Assembly: GCA_015486535.1 (NCBI GenBank)
Contig: WFRK01000026.1
Coordinates: 1-51,567, forward strand
DNA length: 51,567 nt
Origin: Candidatus Microgenomates bacterium
Lineage (GTDB): Bacteria > Patescibacteriota > Microgenomatia > UBA1400 > PJMF01
Direction of reading: 5' to 3'
Shown here one piece after another: positions 25,722 to 35,746 of the stretch. The notes under the pieces were generated by a model. That model was not told the DNA's origin. It searched no databases and saw only the letters and a list, made by a program, of their open reading frames with translations. Within the stretch, counting starts at the first letter, position 1, and each line of letters opens with the position of its first letter. The position numbers were made by a program, and so were the translations under genes.

Positions 25722-26471
25722 TTATTTTGCCAGTTCCGTTTTGACATCACTCGCTAGATAAGTGCCAATATCTTCTCCCTTAACTGCTTTGACTAAATTA
25801 CTATTTTTGAAAAGTTCGAAGACCATAACGGGCATGTTATTTTCTTGACTCATCGCTAAAGCAGAAGTATCCATGACTTGAATGGCCTTCTTTTCAATCG
25901 CATCTTTAAAATTAAGAGTTTTATATCGTTTTGCCCCTTCATATTTGGTCGGATCTTTTGTAAAGACACCATCAACCTTGGTAGCTTTCATTAAGACATC
26001 GCATTTCAGCTCAAGCGCATGTAGTGAAGCACCGGTGTCGGTGGTAACGTAAGGAACGCCGGTGCCAGCGGCTAAAATCACCACTCTCCCCTTCTCCATG
26101 TGGCGAATGGCGCGACGACGAATAAAACTTTCCGCTACCGCCGGCATCGAGAGTGCTGTTTGCATTCTCGTTGGTACACCAAGTTTTTCCAAGGTATCTT
26201 GTAAAGCTAAACCGTTCATGACCGTTGCCAACATACCCATGTAGTCGCCCGTTGCCCGATCGATGCCATTTTTTGCCCCGGCGATACCGCGAAAAATATT
26301 TCCCCCGCCAATCACAATCGCCACCTGAGTGTGAATGGCGTAAATCTTCTTTATTTGTTTTGCTACTTTAAGAACCGCCCGTGGGTCAATACCGTAACTT
26401 CTTTCACCCATCATCGATTCGCCACCAACCTTCAATAAAATTCGTTTAAAGCGATTTCTGGTAGGAGTCAT
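25722..26471 (-). CDS. pyrH: UMP kinase
   Basis: 249 aa. It has RILLKVGGE, IVIGGGNIFRG, GDYMGMLATVMN and TTDTGASLHALE. Confidence 0.92.
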   Translation of the reverse strand: MTPTRNRFKRILLKVGGESMMGERSYGIDPRAVLKVAKQIKKIYAIHTQVAIVIGGGNIFRGIAGAKNGIDRATGDYMGMLATVMNGLALQDTLEKLGVPTRMQTALSMPAVAESFIRRRAIRHMEKGRVVILAAGTGVPYVTTDTGASLHALELKCDVLMKATKVDGVFTKDPTKYEGAKRYKTLNFKDAIEKKAIQVMDTSALAMSQENNMPVMVFELFKNSNLVKAVKGEDIGTYLASDVKTELAK

Positions 26472-26498
26472 ACGATCCTTTCTTTTATTTTAGTTTAT

Positions 26499-27530
26499 TT
26501 AAATGCCCAATTTCGCTTTCAATTTGAGTATTTTCCAGCGTAAATTTTCAGCGACAGTGTAGATTTGATAAACAGGCGGATCAACCAAAACATCAAAAGT
26601 GCCCAAAAACTCCATCAGTTGACCGCCGTAACCAGCCTTAAATCTATGGAAACCATACCAAGGATTTTTCTTACTTGCGTTTGGTCCAAGAGCGCCCCAC
26701 AAGTCGAAAGTGTCGCACTTCATTTGTTGGCCGAATTTAATCATTTCCCACATCATCAAGTTGCTCGCCATGACGTTGCGGTGTTTAGCGCTTGAGGCAC
26801 CGTAGGGATAATAAAGCTTATGATGAAAAACAAACATGATCCAAGAAGCGAGTACCTCCTTTTCATAAACCGCTTGAAAAATCCTAATCATGCCTGATCG
26901 ACCTAAAGTTTGCCACATTGTGCGAAAATACTCTGGGGAATGAGCGTAAAAACCTTGTCTCCTTGTTGTTTCTTTGAGAATTTCTAAATAAGTTTCCATG
27001 CCGGCTTTGCTTGTGTTCTCAACAATAGTAACGCCTTTTTTGATTGCTAGGCGCACATTATAACGTGTTTTAGGTGTTAAATTGGCGAAAAGTTCTGCTT
27101 CGGTTTGAGTGAGATCAATTTGAAAAGTATATTTGGTAAAAAGAGGCCGACCGTAAACGGCGCCATGATCCAAAATAAATTGGCTGACTACTGCTTGTTC
27201 ACTCCGATGATCGATCGGATGAGCCACGTTTGGTTCAATTTTGACAAAAAGGGCCCGATGTTTTTTACCCAATTCTTTTAGAATGACTAATTGGTCCTCA
27301 TCAGGCATATACGATTTTGGTAAGTAACCAACGTAACGATGAATTAATGGGATGGGGTGAAAACTCACTTGGATAGCTTTTTTTAATTTTCCTCCATCAA
27401 AAAAGCCGACCCGTTCAATGTCAATTCCGGTTTGGTGCCGAAACTCTCCCCATTCCCAAGATTGTAAAGGATGATCAACAGCCTGATTGTAAATTTCTTT
27501 TTCGGTTTCTCTTAGTGGTCTACTTACCAT
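26499..27530 (-). CDS. FemAB-family peptidoglycan interpeptide-bridge aminoacyltransferase
   Basis: 343 aa. It has LQSWEWGEF near the N-terminus, TRYNVRLAIKKGV, HSPEYFRTMW, and LMMWEMIKFGQQMKCDTFDLWG near the C-terminus, as in the FemA/FemB/FemX family. Confidence 0.75.
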   Translation of the reverse strand: MVSRPLRETEKEIYNQAVDHPLQSWEWGEFRHQTGIDIERVGFFDGGKLKKAIQVSFHPIPLIHRYVGYLPKSYMPDEDQLVILKELGKKHRALFVKIEPNVAHPIDHRSEQAVVSQFILDHGAVYGRPLFTKYTFQIDLTQTEAELFANLTPKTRYNVRLAIKKGVTIVENTSKAGMETYLEILKETTRRQGFYAHSPEYFRTMWQTLGRSGMIRIFQAVYEKEVLASWIMFVFHHKLYYPYGASSAKHRNVMASNLMMWEMIKFGQQMKCDTFDLWGALGPNASKKNPWYGFHRFKAGYGGQLMEFLGTFDVLVDPPVYQIYTVAENLRWKILKLKAKLGI

Positions 27531-27572
27531 ATTAATCCTTTATTATAGCCAACTTAAGCACTTAGACTAGGC

Positions 27573-29465
27573 TTAAAAATTGATGAACTCATCTAGGTCA
27601 ATTTTATCGTCTAGTACATTTTGTGCCATATTTTCATCAACGGCTGAAAAATGCTTCTCTTGCCTTTTTTTTGTCAAGGAATCACCATCTAATAATGTTT
27701 CGTCGATATCAAACAAAAAGCGACTCGGTAAACTATGACTTACGCGACCATAAAGATAACGCTGCTGAGTGTAACTGAGATAAAGCTTCTTTTTTGCCCG
27801 AGTGATACCGACATAACAAAGACGTCTCTCCTCCTCGATTTTTTGAGGATCAAATAAAGACATCGCATGAGGTAAAAGGCCATCTTCAACGCCGACAAGA
27901 AAAACAATTTCAAATTCTAACCCTTTGGCGGTATGAAGACTCATCAGTTGAACGCCATCGTTTTGATGTTTGCCTTTATTGCCTTGTTGCATATAGTCAT
28001 CTTGGATGAGAGCAATATTTTCCAACATATCACTTAAAGACTGAAAATTCAAAGCGACTCGTCCCAGTTCCTCGATATTTTCCAACCGGCTTAATTCTTC
28101 TCTTATTTCCGGTTTGAACTTTTCTTGATATTGAGTTAAATTCAGCACTTGTTCCAGTATCTCACTTGGGGTCGCTTGGAGCGCGAATTTAGGATGTTCT
28201 GCTTGCCAGAGAAGGAGTTTATTTAATTTTCTTTTACCATTTTTGGTGGCGCGACTGAGACCGGCTTCATCATAAGGATTGAGCATCAACCTCAAATAAC
28301 TGATCAAATCTTTAATTTCTTTCCGTTCATAAAATTTAGTGCCTCCTACAATGTGGTAAGCGAGCGCCTCTTTGATCAACTTTTCTTCAAATGCGCGTGA
28401 TTGTGCATTGGTGCGATAAAGGATGGCAATTTGATTAAGTGGTGTGACCAAACGTTGTTCTTTAATTGCCTGGACAACGCGGCTGGCTTCATCGCGATCA
28501 TCTCTCGCTTGAATAAGACTGATATTCTCGTCTTGAGCCACTTTGTTGGTCCAGAGTTTTAAAATTGGATGCGACTTATTTTTAGAAATAATCGCGGTGG
28601 CGGCATTTAAAATAGTTTGGCTGGAACGATAATTCTGTTCTAATCGATATTCTTTCAATTGAGGAAAATCATGCTTTAGTTTAAGCATATTGTGATAATC
28701 TGCTCCTCGCCAAGCATAGATACTTTGAGAAAAATCACCGACGACAAAAAGATTATCTTGTGGTTGGGTCAATAATTTTGTCAAGCGATATTGAACTTTA
28801 TTCGTATCTTGGTATTCATCAATCAGAACATAGTTAAAACGATGCTGTAGTTCTTCACGTGTGACTTCGTCAGACTCTAAGAGTCGCAACATCAGAATGA
28901 GCAGATCATCAAAATCGACCGCTTGCGAAGCAGTTAACGCTTTTTGATAAGCCCGGTAGAGTCGCGCAATTTCTTCTTGATAAGCATTTTGAGCAATGTT
29001 GGCATAATCTTTGGCTGAGAGCAGTTCATTTTTTGCATTACTAATGATACTTCTGACACTACGAGGCAAATATCGTTTTTTATCTAAGTGATATTTTTTA
29101 AGCAAATTTTTAATAATGCTCAGACTGTCATCACTATCGTAGATAACAAAATTACGGCTCAGTTGGATTGCCTCTCCGTAGTGCCGCAACATCCGAGCGG
29201 AAAAACTATGGAAAGTACTGATAATACTTGGAGGTTGAATTTGCGCTTGATTAAGTCGTTGACGCATTTCCAGCGCCGCTTTATTGGTGAATGTAACCAA
29301 GAGAATCGTTTTTGGATCGACTTGTTTTTCTTGAATCAACCAGGCAGCGTGGGTGGTGAGCACTTTTGTTTTACCCGAACCCGCTCCAGCCAAAACCAAC
29401 GCGGGACCCGATTGATGAGTGGCGGCTTTTCGTTGGTTTGGATTGAGGTTGCTTAGTAAGTCCAT
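27573..29465 (-). CDS. pcrA: UvrD/PcrA-type SF1 DNA helicase
   Basis: 630 aa. It has Walker A AGAGSGKTKVLT, LIDEYQDTN, QNYRSSQTIL, LMSLHTAKGLEF and VGITRAKKKL. Confidence 0.9.
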   Translation of the reverse strand: MDLLSNLNPNQRKAATHQSGPALVLAGAGSGKTKVLTTHAAWLIQEKQVDPKTILLVTFTNKAALEMRQRLNQAQIQPPSIISTFHSFSARMLRHYGEAIQLSRNFVIYDSDDSLSIIKNLLKKYHLDKKRYLPRSVRSIISNAKNELLSAKDYANIAQNAYQEEIARLYRAYQKALTASQAVDFDDLLILMLRLLESDEVTREELQHRFNYVLIDEYQDTNKVQYRLTKLLTQPQDNLFVVGDFSQSIYAWRGADYHNMLKLKHDFPQLKEYRLEQNYRSSQTILNAATAIISKNKSHPILKLWTNKVAQDENISLIQARDDRDEASRVVQAIKEQRLVTPLNQIAILYRTNAQSRAFEEKLIKEALAYHIVGGTKFYERKEIKDLISYLRLMLNPYDEAGLSRATKNGKRKLNKLLLWQAEHPKFALQATPSEILEQVLNLTQYQEKFKPEIREELSRLENIEELGRVALNFQSLSDMLENIALIQDDYMQQGNKGKHQNDGVQLMSLHTAKGLEFEIVFLVGVEDGLLPHAMSLFDPQKIEEERRLCYVGITRAKKKLYLSYTQQRYLYGRVSHSLPSRFLFDIDETLLDGDSLTKKRQEKHFSAVDENMAQNVLDDKIDLDEFINF

Positions 29466-29490
29466 CGGGGTTTTATGGTATCATACTTTT

Positions 29491-30165
29491 ATGGCAAAAT
29501 TAGTGGTAGCTAATTGGAAATCAAATAAAACAAAGGCGGAAGTAAGCAGTTGGTTAAAACAATTCTTAGCTGCCCTTTCTCCGGTTTCAGTAGAAGTTGT
29601 GCTAGCGCCGCCGTTCGTTTTTATTGACTTTATCAGTCGCTTGATGGTGTCATTCAGCTATTTGAAGTTAGCGGTACAGGATTTAAGTCCCTATCCGGCG
29701 GGAAGTTATACCGGGGCGATTTCCGCCGTCAATCTTAAAGGTCTTCAGGTTGAATATGCCATTGTGGGCCACTCCGAACGGCGGCGCTGGTTTCACGAAA
29801 CCAATAACGATGTTGCCTTGAAAGTGGAACAAGCTTTAGCGAATCAATTAAAACCAATTGTTTGTGTCGATGATGATACCATGGTTGGCTTGGCTGGTAA
29901 GTTAGCGGAAAATGTTTGGCGAAACTGTATTATTGCCTATGAACCTTCGGGCGCGATTGGTACGGGCATGGGTCAAGATGTTGGTTTGGTAGAACAAGCA
30001 GTCAAAAAGATCCACGGTTATTTTGGTCGGGTCAAAGTTCTTTATGGTGGCAGCGTTGATGAGCGAAATATTAATGAATATCTTTTGGTCAGCGATGGGG
30101 TTTTGGTGGGTAATGATAGTCTCGCCGTTAACCAATTTCTTCAATTATTAAAAGCGATTAAGTAG
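29491..30165 (+). CDS. tpiA: Triosephosphate isomerase
   Basis: It has VVANWKSNKT, VGHSERR and AYEPSGAIGTG. The ORF track starts at 29419, inside pcrA. The ATG at 29491 (MAKLVVANWK) is the natural start. Confidence 0.9.
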   Translation: MAKLVVANWKSNKTKAEVSSWLKQFLAALSPVSVEVVLAPPFVFIDFISRLMVSFSYLKLAVQDLSPYPAGSYTGAISAVNLKGLQVEYAIVGHSERRRWFHETNNDVALKVEQALANQLKPIVCVDDDTMVGLAGKLAENVWRNCIIAYEPSGAIGTGMGQDVGLVEQAVKKIHGYFGRVKVLYGGSVDERNINEYLLVSDGVLVGNDSLAVNQFLQLLKAIK

Positions 30166-30177
30166 AAGCAGTTGTGT

Positions 30178-31491
30178 ATGTCAAAAGTTGCCATTGTCGG
30201 GGCGGGATTTACTGGTTTAGCGGCCGCTTGGCGATTACGTCGCCTAGGTCATCAAGTCACCATTTTTGAAAAAAACCCTTACCCGGGTGGTTTAGCGGCC
30301 GGATTTAAAGCCTCCGGTTGGAATTGGTCACTTGAACACCATTACCACCATATTTTTAGTGGTGATAAGACAATCCTTCAATTTGCTCACCAATTGGGTT
30401 TGAGAAAAAAATTCTTTTTTCGTCAACCGAAAACTTCTGTTTACTACCAAAACAAAATTTTCCGACTTGATTCGCCAATGTCGTTATTTCAAGTACCGGT
30501 TCTTTCACTAACAACAAAATTGCGTGTGGCCGTCACTTTAGCTGTCCTTAAGTTGATGCCTGAGACCAGTGGGCGTCAATTGGAAAAATTTACGGCTCAG
30601 GCATTTTTACAGAAAACCATGGGTGATGAAGCTTGGCGAGTCTTGTGGCAACCATTGTTCCAAGATAAATTTTCCGTCCATGCAGCCGAGGTTAATGCGG
30701 CCTGGTTTTGGGCTCGGATCAAAGCGCGTACTCCCCGTTTGGGTTACTTTGTTGGCGGTTTCGGTCAATTTGCCCAAGATACGGTACAACGCTTGCATCA
30801 AGTTGGTGTGGAGACTCATTTTAATGCAGATGTGACCTTAATTGAGTCCGCAAATTCACCTCAACCGCAATGGCAATTGAGAGTTGTTGGCAAACATTTC
30901 TCAAACAACTTATTTGATCAAGTACTCATCACCCTGCCGGCCCATCAATTGACTCAATTGACTAAAGTTTCGTGGCCGGATCACTTCAAACGCAAAATAA
31001 AGCAGTTGGATTATGTCTCAGCCATTACTCTCATCATTGAAGCGGAGAAACCTTTTTTTCACGACCAAACCTATTGGTTGAATGTTAATGAGCGCCAGTT
31101 CCCTTTTTTAGCTGTGGTGGAACAAACGAATTTTATTGATCGGCGTTACTATGGTGGCAAGCACATTATCTATGTTGGTCAATATTTGTCTCAGACAGAC
31201 AAATTATATTCCTTGGATGCCACTCAGTTACTTGAACATTATCGCTCCGCCCTCGATCAACTCTCTCCCGGCTTTAGTCAAAGTATTAAAAGAGTCTGGC
31301 GTTTTCGCACTGAATTTGCCCAGCCAATCGTGAAAACTAATCACTCAAGATTATTGCCCCAAATAAAAACACCAATCAAGGGACTCTATTGGGCGAGTAT
31401 GCAGCATATTTATCCTTGGGACAGGGGAACAAATTTTGCGGTTAAATTAGGTGAAGCAGCAGCAGAAACGATTCATCATGCGATTAATTAA
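30178..31491 (+). CDS. FAD-dependent oxidoreductase (amine-oxidase / HemY-CrtI-like fold), substrate unknown
   Basis: It has a Rossmann dinucleotide motif (KVAIVGAGFTGLAAAWRL...VTIFEK...GG) and a GYFVGGFGQF-type motif. ATG at 30178; the track begins at a TTG at 30172. It is first in the plus-strand glycosylation operon. Confidence 0.6.
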   Translation: MSKVAIVGAGFTGLAAAWRLRRLGHQVTIFEKNPYPGGLAAGFKASGWNWSLEHHYHHIFSGDKTILQFAHQLGLRKKFFFRQPKTSVYYQNKIFRLDSPMSLFQVPVLSLTTKLRVAVTLAVLKLMPETSGRQLEKFTAQAFLQKTMGDEAWRVLWQPLFQDKFSVHAAEVNAAWFWARIKARTPRLGYFVGGFGQFAQDTVQRLHQVGVETHFNADVTLIESANSPQPQWQLRVVGKHFSNNLFDQVLITLPAHQLTQLTKVSWPDHFKRKIKQLDYVSAITLIIEAEKPFFHDQTYWLNVNERQFPFLAVVEQTNFIDRRYYGGKHIIYVGQYLSQTDKLYSLDATQLLEHYRSALDQLSPGFSQSIKRVWRFRTEFAQPIVKTNHSRLLPQIKTPIKGLYWASMQHIYPWDRGTNFAVKLGEAAAETIHHAIN

Positions 31492-33199
31492 AAAACGATC
31501 AGCACTAATTTTACTATGTTTGAGCGGTCTTTTTAGTTTTTGGTTGATGTTTTCCACTTTTGGTTATAGTCATGGTTCTTTTATCATTGACAGCAAACTT
31601 TATTCTGATTTTGCCGCTCATTTACCCCTGATTCGCTCATTTAGTTTGGGGAATAATTTTCCGCCCGAATACCCTTTCTTCTATGGACAACCGATTCGCT
31701 ATCATTACTTGTTTTATCTCATTGTCGGCTTAATGGAAAGACTGGGTTTAAATTTGGCTTTTGGTTTGAATTTATTGAGCGCTTTAGGTTTTTGGCTCCT
31801 ATTAGTGATGATTTATAAGCTAACCAAATTATTTTTTCACCGTTCAGATGCGGCGGTTTTGGCGGTAATTTTATTTCTATTTAATAGTTCTTTTTCCTGG
31901 GTAGAATATTTTAACAAATTCGGTTGGTCAAAGAAAAGTCTCTTGGCGATTCCCGCTCAGGTTCAATTTGCCAGTTTTGGTCCTTGGTCTGGGAGGTTGG
32001 TAACCGCTTTTCACAGTCTCAATATTTTTACCAATCAACGTCACTTAGCCTTGAGTTATGGTCTAGCTCTTTGGCTCATTTACTTGTTGGTAAAAACAAT
32101 TGATTTCCCCATGCGCCAAAAATCTTCTCGCCGACTCAAATTGCGCCTCCAACAATTAAACTTAGGACAACAATTAGCGGTGATGATTGTTTTAGGTTCA
32201 TTTCCTTTATTACACCAGGCGGGTTATCTTATTTGCTTGATTTTTTTTGTCGCTTGGCTCACCCTCTATGCGCCAATTTATGGACGCTCATGGCGCCGTA
32301 GTTTAGATTATCTTATTCCTTTTATCATTGGGAGTTTGATTTCATTCTTAGTTTTCAGGTTTCTCACTGTTGGTAGTGAACAGAAAATATTGTGGCAGTT
32401 AGCTTATTTGGCGCCAACGAAAACGGTTGTTGGTTGGTGGCAATTTTGGTGGTTTAATTTAGGATTATATTGGCTTCTTTTACCAATTTTACTCATCTAT
32501 TCTTTCAAAAAGAAAAATTATTTTTTGATCATTTTTAGTGCCTATTTTGTTTTGGCCAACCTGTTTCGACTCAGTCCGGATATGATTAATAATCATAAAT
32601 TAACCACTATGTTCAGCATCGGTTTGAATATTATCACTGCCGGTTGGTTGATTGAAAAAAAAGTCGCGCTTCGCCGGAGAAAAAAGAATAAACTACTCAA
32701 GATAGTGCAGTTGACCATCTTGATTTTATTAACCGTTTCATTGACACTCGGGGGCTTAACGGATATTTGGCCGATTATCAATGATTACGATGGCCGAGTA
32801 AAGGACTATCCTCAATCACCAATAATGCAGTTGATTATCAAAAAAATACCCAAGAAAGCGCAGTTTTTAACCACCAGTTATATGTATAATCCCGCCTCCC
32901 TTACAGGGAGGCAATTATTCTTGGATTATGGATATTTTGCTTGGAGTATGGGCTATAATGATAGAGATAAGCGCGCCAGTTTACCATTGCTGTTCTCCGC
33001 CACCATTAGCAAACATGACTGGTGTGCCTTGATTAAAAAATATCACATCAATGAGGTACTCATCGGTCCCGGGGAATCTAAAATCGAAGATGGTCGGATT
33101 GATGTGAGGCGAAGTTGGTTGGTGAAACATTTGCCGCCAACTGACAAGACTGTTGATGGCTGGAGGTTATGGGAAATAAAATCAATTTGTAAAAATTAG
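31478..33199 (+). CDS. Large polytopic membrane protein, GT-C-like glycosyltransferase candidate (paralog A)
   Basis: ~573 aa from the ATG at 31478, overlapping the upstream stop by 14 nt. It has more than 10 hydrophobic segments and a first-loop motif YSDFAAHLPLIRSFSLGNNFPPEYPFF. A C-terminal soluble region follows. The fold assignment is inferred, not demonstrated. Confidence 0.45.
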   Translation: MRLIKKRSALILLCLSGLFSFWLMFSTFGYSHGSFIIDSKLYSDFAAHLPLIRSFSLGNNFPPEYPFFYGQPIRYHYLFYLIVGLMERLGLNLAFGLNLLSALGFWLLLVMIYKLTKLFFHRSDAAVLAVILFLFNSSFSWVEYFNKFGWSKKSLLAIPAQVQFASFGPWSGRLVTAFHSLNIFTNQRHLALSYGLALWLIYLLVKTIDFPMRQKSSRRLKLRLQQLNLGQQLAVMIVLGSFPLLHQAGYLICLIFFVAWLTLYAPIYGRSWRRSLDYLIPFIIGSLISFLVFRFLTVGSEQKILWQLAYLAPTKTVVGWWQFWWFNLGLYWLLLPILLIYSFKKKNYFLIIFSAYFVLANLFRLSPDMINNHKLTTMFSIGLNIITAGWLIEKKVALRRRKKNKLLKIVQLTILILLTVSLTLGGLTDIWPIINDYDGRVKDYPQSPIMQLIIKKIPKKAQFLTTSYMYNPASLTGRQLFLDYGYFAWSMGYNDRDKRASLPLLFSATISKHDWCALIKKYHINEVLIGPGESKIEDGRIDVRRSWLVKHLPPTDKTVDGWRLWEIKSICKN

Positions 33200-33244
33200 A
33201 GGTTAACTTTGAATCAGAAATAGACAATAATAGCGAAAATAGAA

Positions 33245-33865
33245 ATGAAAAGAACGAAATTTAACCATCAGCAAGTATCTTTACCACCGCGACCATTGCG
33301 AGTCGGTTTTGATTTTGATGGCGTCGTCGTTTATAACCCAATGCGCATCTTGCGACCATTTGCCTCGTTTATCAAAAAGAAAAATTTACTAAAGAGAAAG
33401 GAGTTAGAGTTTTTTGTGCCAACGAAGAAATGGGAGAAATTTCTTTGGTTTTTGGCTCATCAGACGAGTCTTTTCCCCGCCGCCGGTTGGCAAAGAATTG
33501 AGGAGTTAAAACGAGACAAAGTGATTGAACCTTATTTAATTACCGGACGCAACACTTTTCTCAAAAATGATCTGAAATTTAAGTTAAAACTTTTTGGTTT
33601 AGAGAAAATCTTTACCACTGTTTATATTACTGAAAAAGATGAACAACCGCATTTATTTAAAGAACGCATCATCAAACAGTTAAAATTAGACTATTTTATT
33701 GAAGATAACTGGGATATTGTTCAGTATCTGAGTCAATGTCATTTGCCGGCAAAAATTATTTGGGTGAGTAATTTAGTTGACGAAAAGATCCGTTATCCAC
33801 ACAAGGTAAAGAATTTAGCGGCGGCACTTAAGTTAATGCTTCGCTGTGAACAACAAAATAAATAA
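33245..33865 (+). CDS. HAD-superfamily hydrolase-like protein
   Basis: 206 aa. HAD motif I is GFDFDGVVV, a Thr/Gly motif is LITGR, and the acidic motif IV is FIEDNWD. Confidence 0.5.
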   Translation: MKRTKFNHQQVSLPPRPLRVGFDFDGVVVYNPMRILRPFASFIKKKNLLKRKELEFFVPTKKWEKFLWFLAHQTSLFPAAGWQRIEELKRDKVIEPYLITGRNTFLKNDLKFKLKLFGLEKIFTTVYITEKDEQPHLFKERIIKQLKLDYFIEDNWDIVQYLSQCHLPAKIIWVSNLVDEKIRYPHKVKNLAAALKLMLRCEQQNK

Positions 33866-33923
33866 ATTTTGTTTAAGACATTTGCTGATTATGAGTTAAA
33901 ATTAATAGTAGAAGGGACTGTTT

Positions 33924-35003
33924 ATGTCAACAAAAACCAGAGCGCAAAAAACTCATTCGCCCAAAATCTTGATTACCGGTGGGGCGGGATTTTTAGGTCT
34001 TCATTTAGCAAAATTTTTCAAGCAAAAAAAATGGCAAGTCAGCCTACTCGATATCGCTGATTACCCTTCGCACGAATATGATCATCAAGGCTTTCGTTTA
34101 TTGAGAATTGATGTTCGTGACAAGCGAAAGGTTGATCAGGCTGTGGCGGGAAACGACGTTGTCATTCATACAGCAGCAGCCTTACCCTTATGGAGTCGTC
34201 ATGACATTATGACCACTAATGTTAACGGTACCATCAATGTTGCTACTAGCGCCCTAAAACATAAAGTTAAAAGAATGATTCATATTTCTTCCACTGCTGT
34301 TTATGGCGTGCCGGAAAAGCATCCCATTGTTGAGACCGATGCTTTAATTGGTGTTGGTGCCTATGGTGAATCGAAGATCGCGGCCGAAAAAAAGCTTAGA
34401 AAACTCATGAAACGTGGGCTTAATTTAACCATTTTACGACCGAAAACTTTTGTTGGGACTGAGCGTTTAGGTGTATTTGAGATTCTCTTTGACTGGGTGC
34501 ATGATGGCAAAAAAATTCCGGTAATTGGTGATGGTCGCAATCGTTATCAACTAATGGATGTCGATGATTTAGTCACGGCCAGTTACTTAATTGGTCAATC
34601 ACGTTCTCGAAAACTAAATGACGTTTTTAATATTGGTGCGAAGCAATTTGGAACAGTGAGAGAAGATCTTGAAGCTTTATTCAGACATGCTCATTCCGGT
34701 TCTCGTTTATTAGCAACGCCGGCTTGGTTGGTGAAAGGGATGTTACGTGGGTTGGAAACACTCCACTTGTCGCCACTTTATCAGTGGGTTTACGACACGG
34801 CGGACAAAGATTCATTTGTCTCGATTGAAAAATTAGAGAAAACGCTGCACTGGTCACCGAAGTATTCCAATGCTGCCGCTCTGATCAAGTCATTCGACTG
34901 GTATCAGGCACATTACACAGAAGTAAAGGCACGTGGCGTTGGTGTCAGTCATACCGTTGGTTGGAAACAGGGGGCGTTGGCATTAATCAAAAAAGTGATG
35001 TAA
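33924..35003 (+). CDS. NAD-dependent sugar epimerase/dehydratase (extended SDR)
   Basis: 359 aa. It has ILITGGAGFLGLHL (GxxGxxG), the catalytic YGESK (YxxxK) and ISSTAVYG. Confidence 0.8.
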   Translation: MSTKTRAQKTHSPKILITGGAGFLGLHLAKFFKQKKWQVSLLDIADYPSHEYDHQGFRLLRIDVRDKRKVDQAVAGNDVVIHTAAALPLWSRHDIMTTNVNGTINVATSALKHKVKRMIHISSTAVYGVPEKHPIVETDALIGVGAYGESKIAAEKKLRKLMKRGLNLTILRPKTFVGTERLGVFEILFDWVHDGKKIPVIGDGRNRYQLMDVDDLVTASYLIGQSRSRKLNDVFNIGAKQFGTVREDLEALFRHAHSGSRLLATPAWLVKGMLRGLETLHLSPLYQWVYDTADKDSFVSIEKLEKTLHWSPKYSNAAALIKSFDWYQAHYTEVKARGVGVSHTVGWKQGALALIKKVM

Positions 35004-35009
35004 TCGTTG

Positions 35010-35741
35010 ATGACAAAGCAATTTCAGAAACTCTCGATTATTATACCGGTTTATAATGAAGGGCGGTTAATTGCGCGCGCCATTGCCCTTGTTTTGGCAG
35101 CTGATACACTTGGCCTGAGGAAAGAAATTATCATCGTTGATGACGGTTCAACTGATCAAACGGCAAAAATTCTTTCTCACCTCAAAAAACGCCATCGTCA
35201 ACTAATTGTGATGCGTCAGCCAAAAAATTATGGCAAGGGTGCGGCAGTAAAGTTAGGTTTACTTTCAAGTAGCGGCGATATTGTTTTAATTCAGGATGCA
35301 GATCTAGAATACTCTCCGGAAGACTATCCTTTATTGCTCCGGCCGATTATTGACCATCGCGCTGACGTTGTTTATGGTTCGCGATTCATTTCTCACAAAC
35401 CTCATCGTGTCCTTTATTTTTGGCATTATGTGGTTAATAAACTTTTAACTACTTTTTCAAACATTATGACTAATTTAAACTTGACTGACATGGAAACAGG
35501 CTATAAAGTTTTTCAGGGCGAGTTGGTGCGTCGTTTAGCAAACGAATTATCCAGTCAACGATTCGGTTTCGAACCGGAGATTACGGCGAAAATAGCGAAA
35601 ATCAGCAATTTACGACTTTATGAGGTAGGCATTTCCTATTATGGGCGCACTTACGCTGAAGGAAAGAAAATTAATTGGTTTGACGGGTTTAAAGCGGTCA
35701 TGGCAATTATTCGTTTTAACTTATTTGACAACTTTATCTAA
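35010..35741 (+). CDS. GT2 glycosyltransferase, DPM1/ArnC/GtrB-like polyprenyl-phosphate sugar synthase candidate
   Basis: ~243 aa. It has LSIIIPVYNEG, VDDGSTDQT and the DxD-type motif QDADLEYSPED. There are no TM segments. Its size and motifs match soluble Dpm1/Ppm1-like enzymes. Confidence 0.7.
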   Translation: MTKQFQKLSIIIPVYNEGRLIARAIALVLAADTLGLRKEIIIVDDGSTDQTAKILSHLKKRHRQLIVMRQPKNYGKGAAVKLGLLSSSGDIVLIQDADLEYSPEDYPLLLRPIIDHRADVVYGSRFISHKPHRVLYFWHYVVNKLLTTFSNIMTNLNLTDMETGYKVFQGELVRRLANELSSQRFGFEPEITAKIAKISNLRLYEVGISYYGRTYAEGKKINWFDGFKAVMAIIRFNLFDNFI

Positions 35742-35746
35742 CACTA

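Noticed and set aside
30178-31491. Calling the FAD oxidoreductase protoporphyrinogen oxidase (HemY) or UDP-galactopyranose mutase
   Set aside because: Only the generic Rossmann and amine-oxidase-like motifs are visible. There are no other heme genes here, and the Glf-specific motifs are not recognisable by eye. It is kept as a generic FAD oxidoreductase of unknown substrate.
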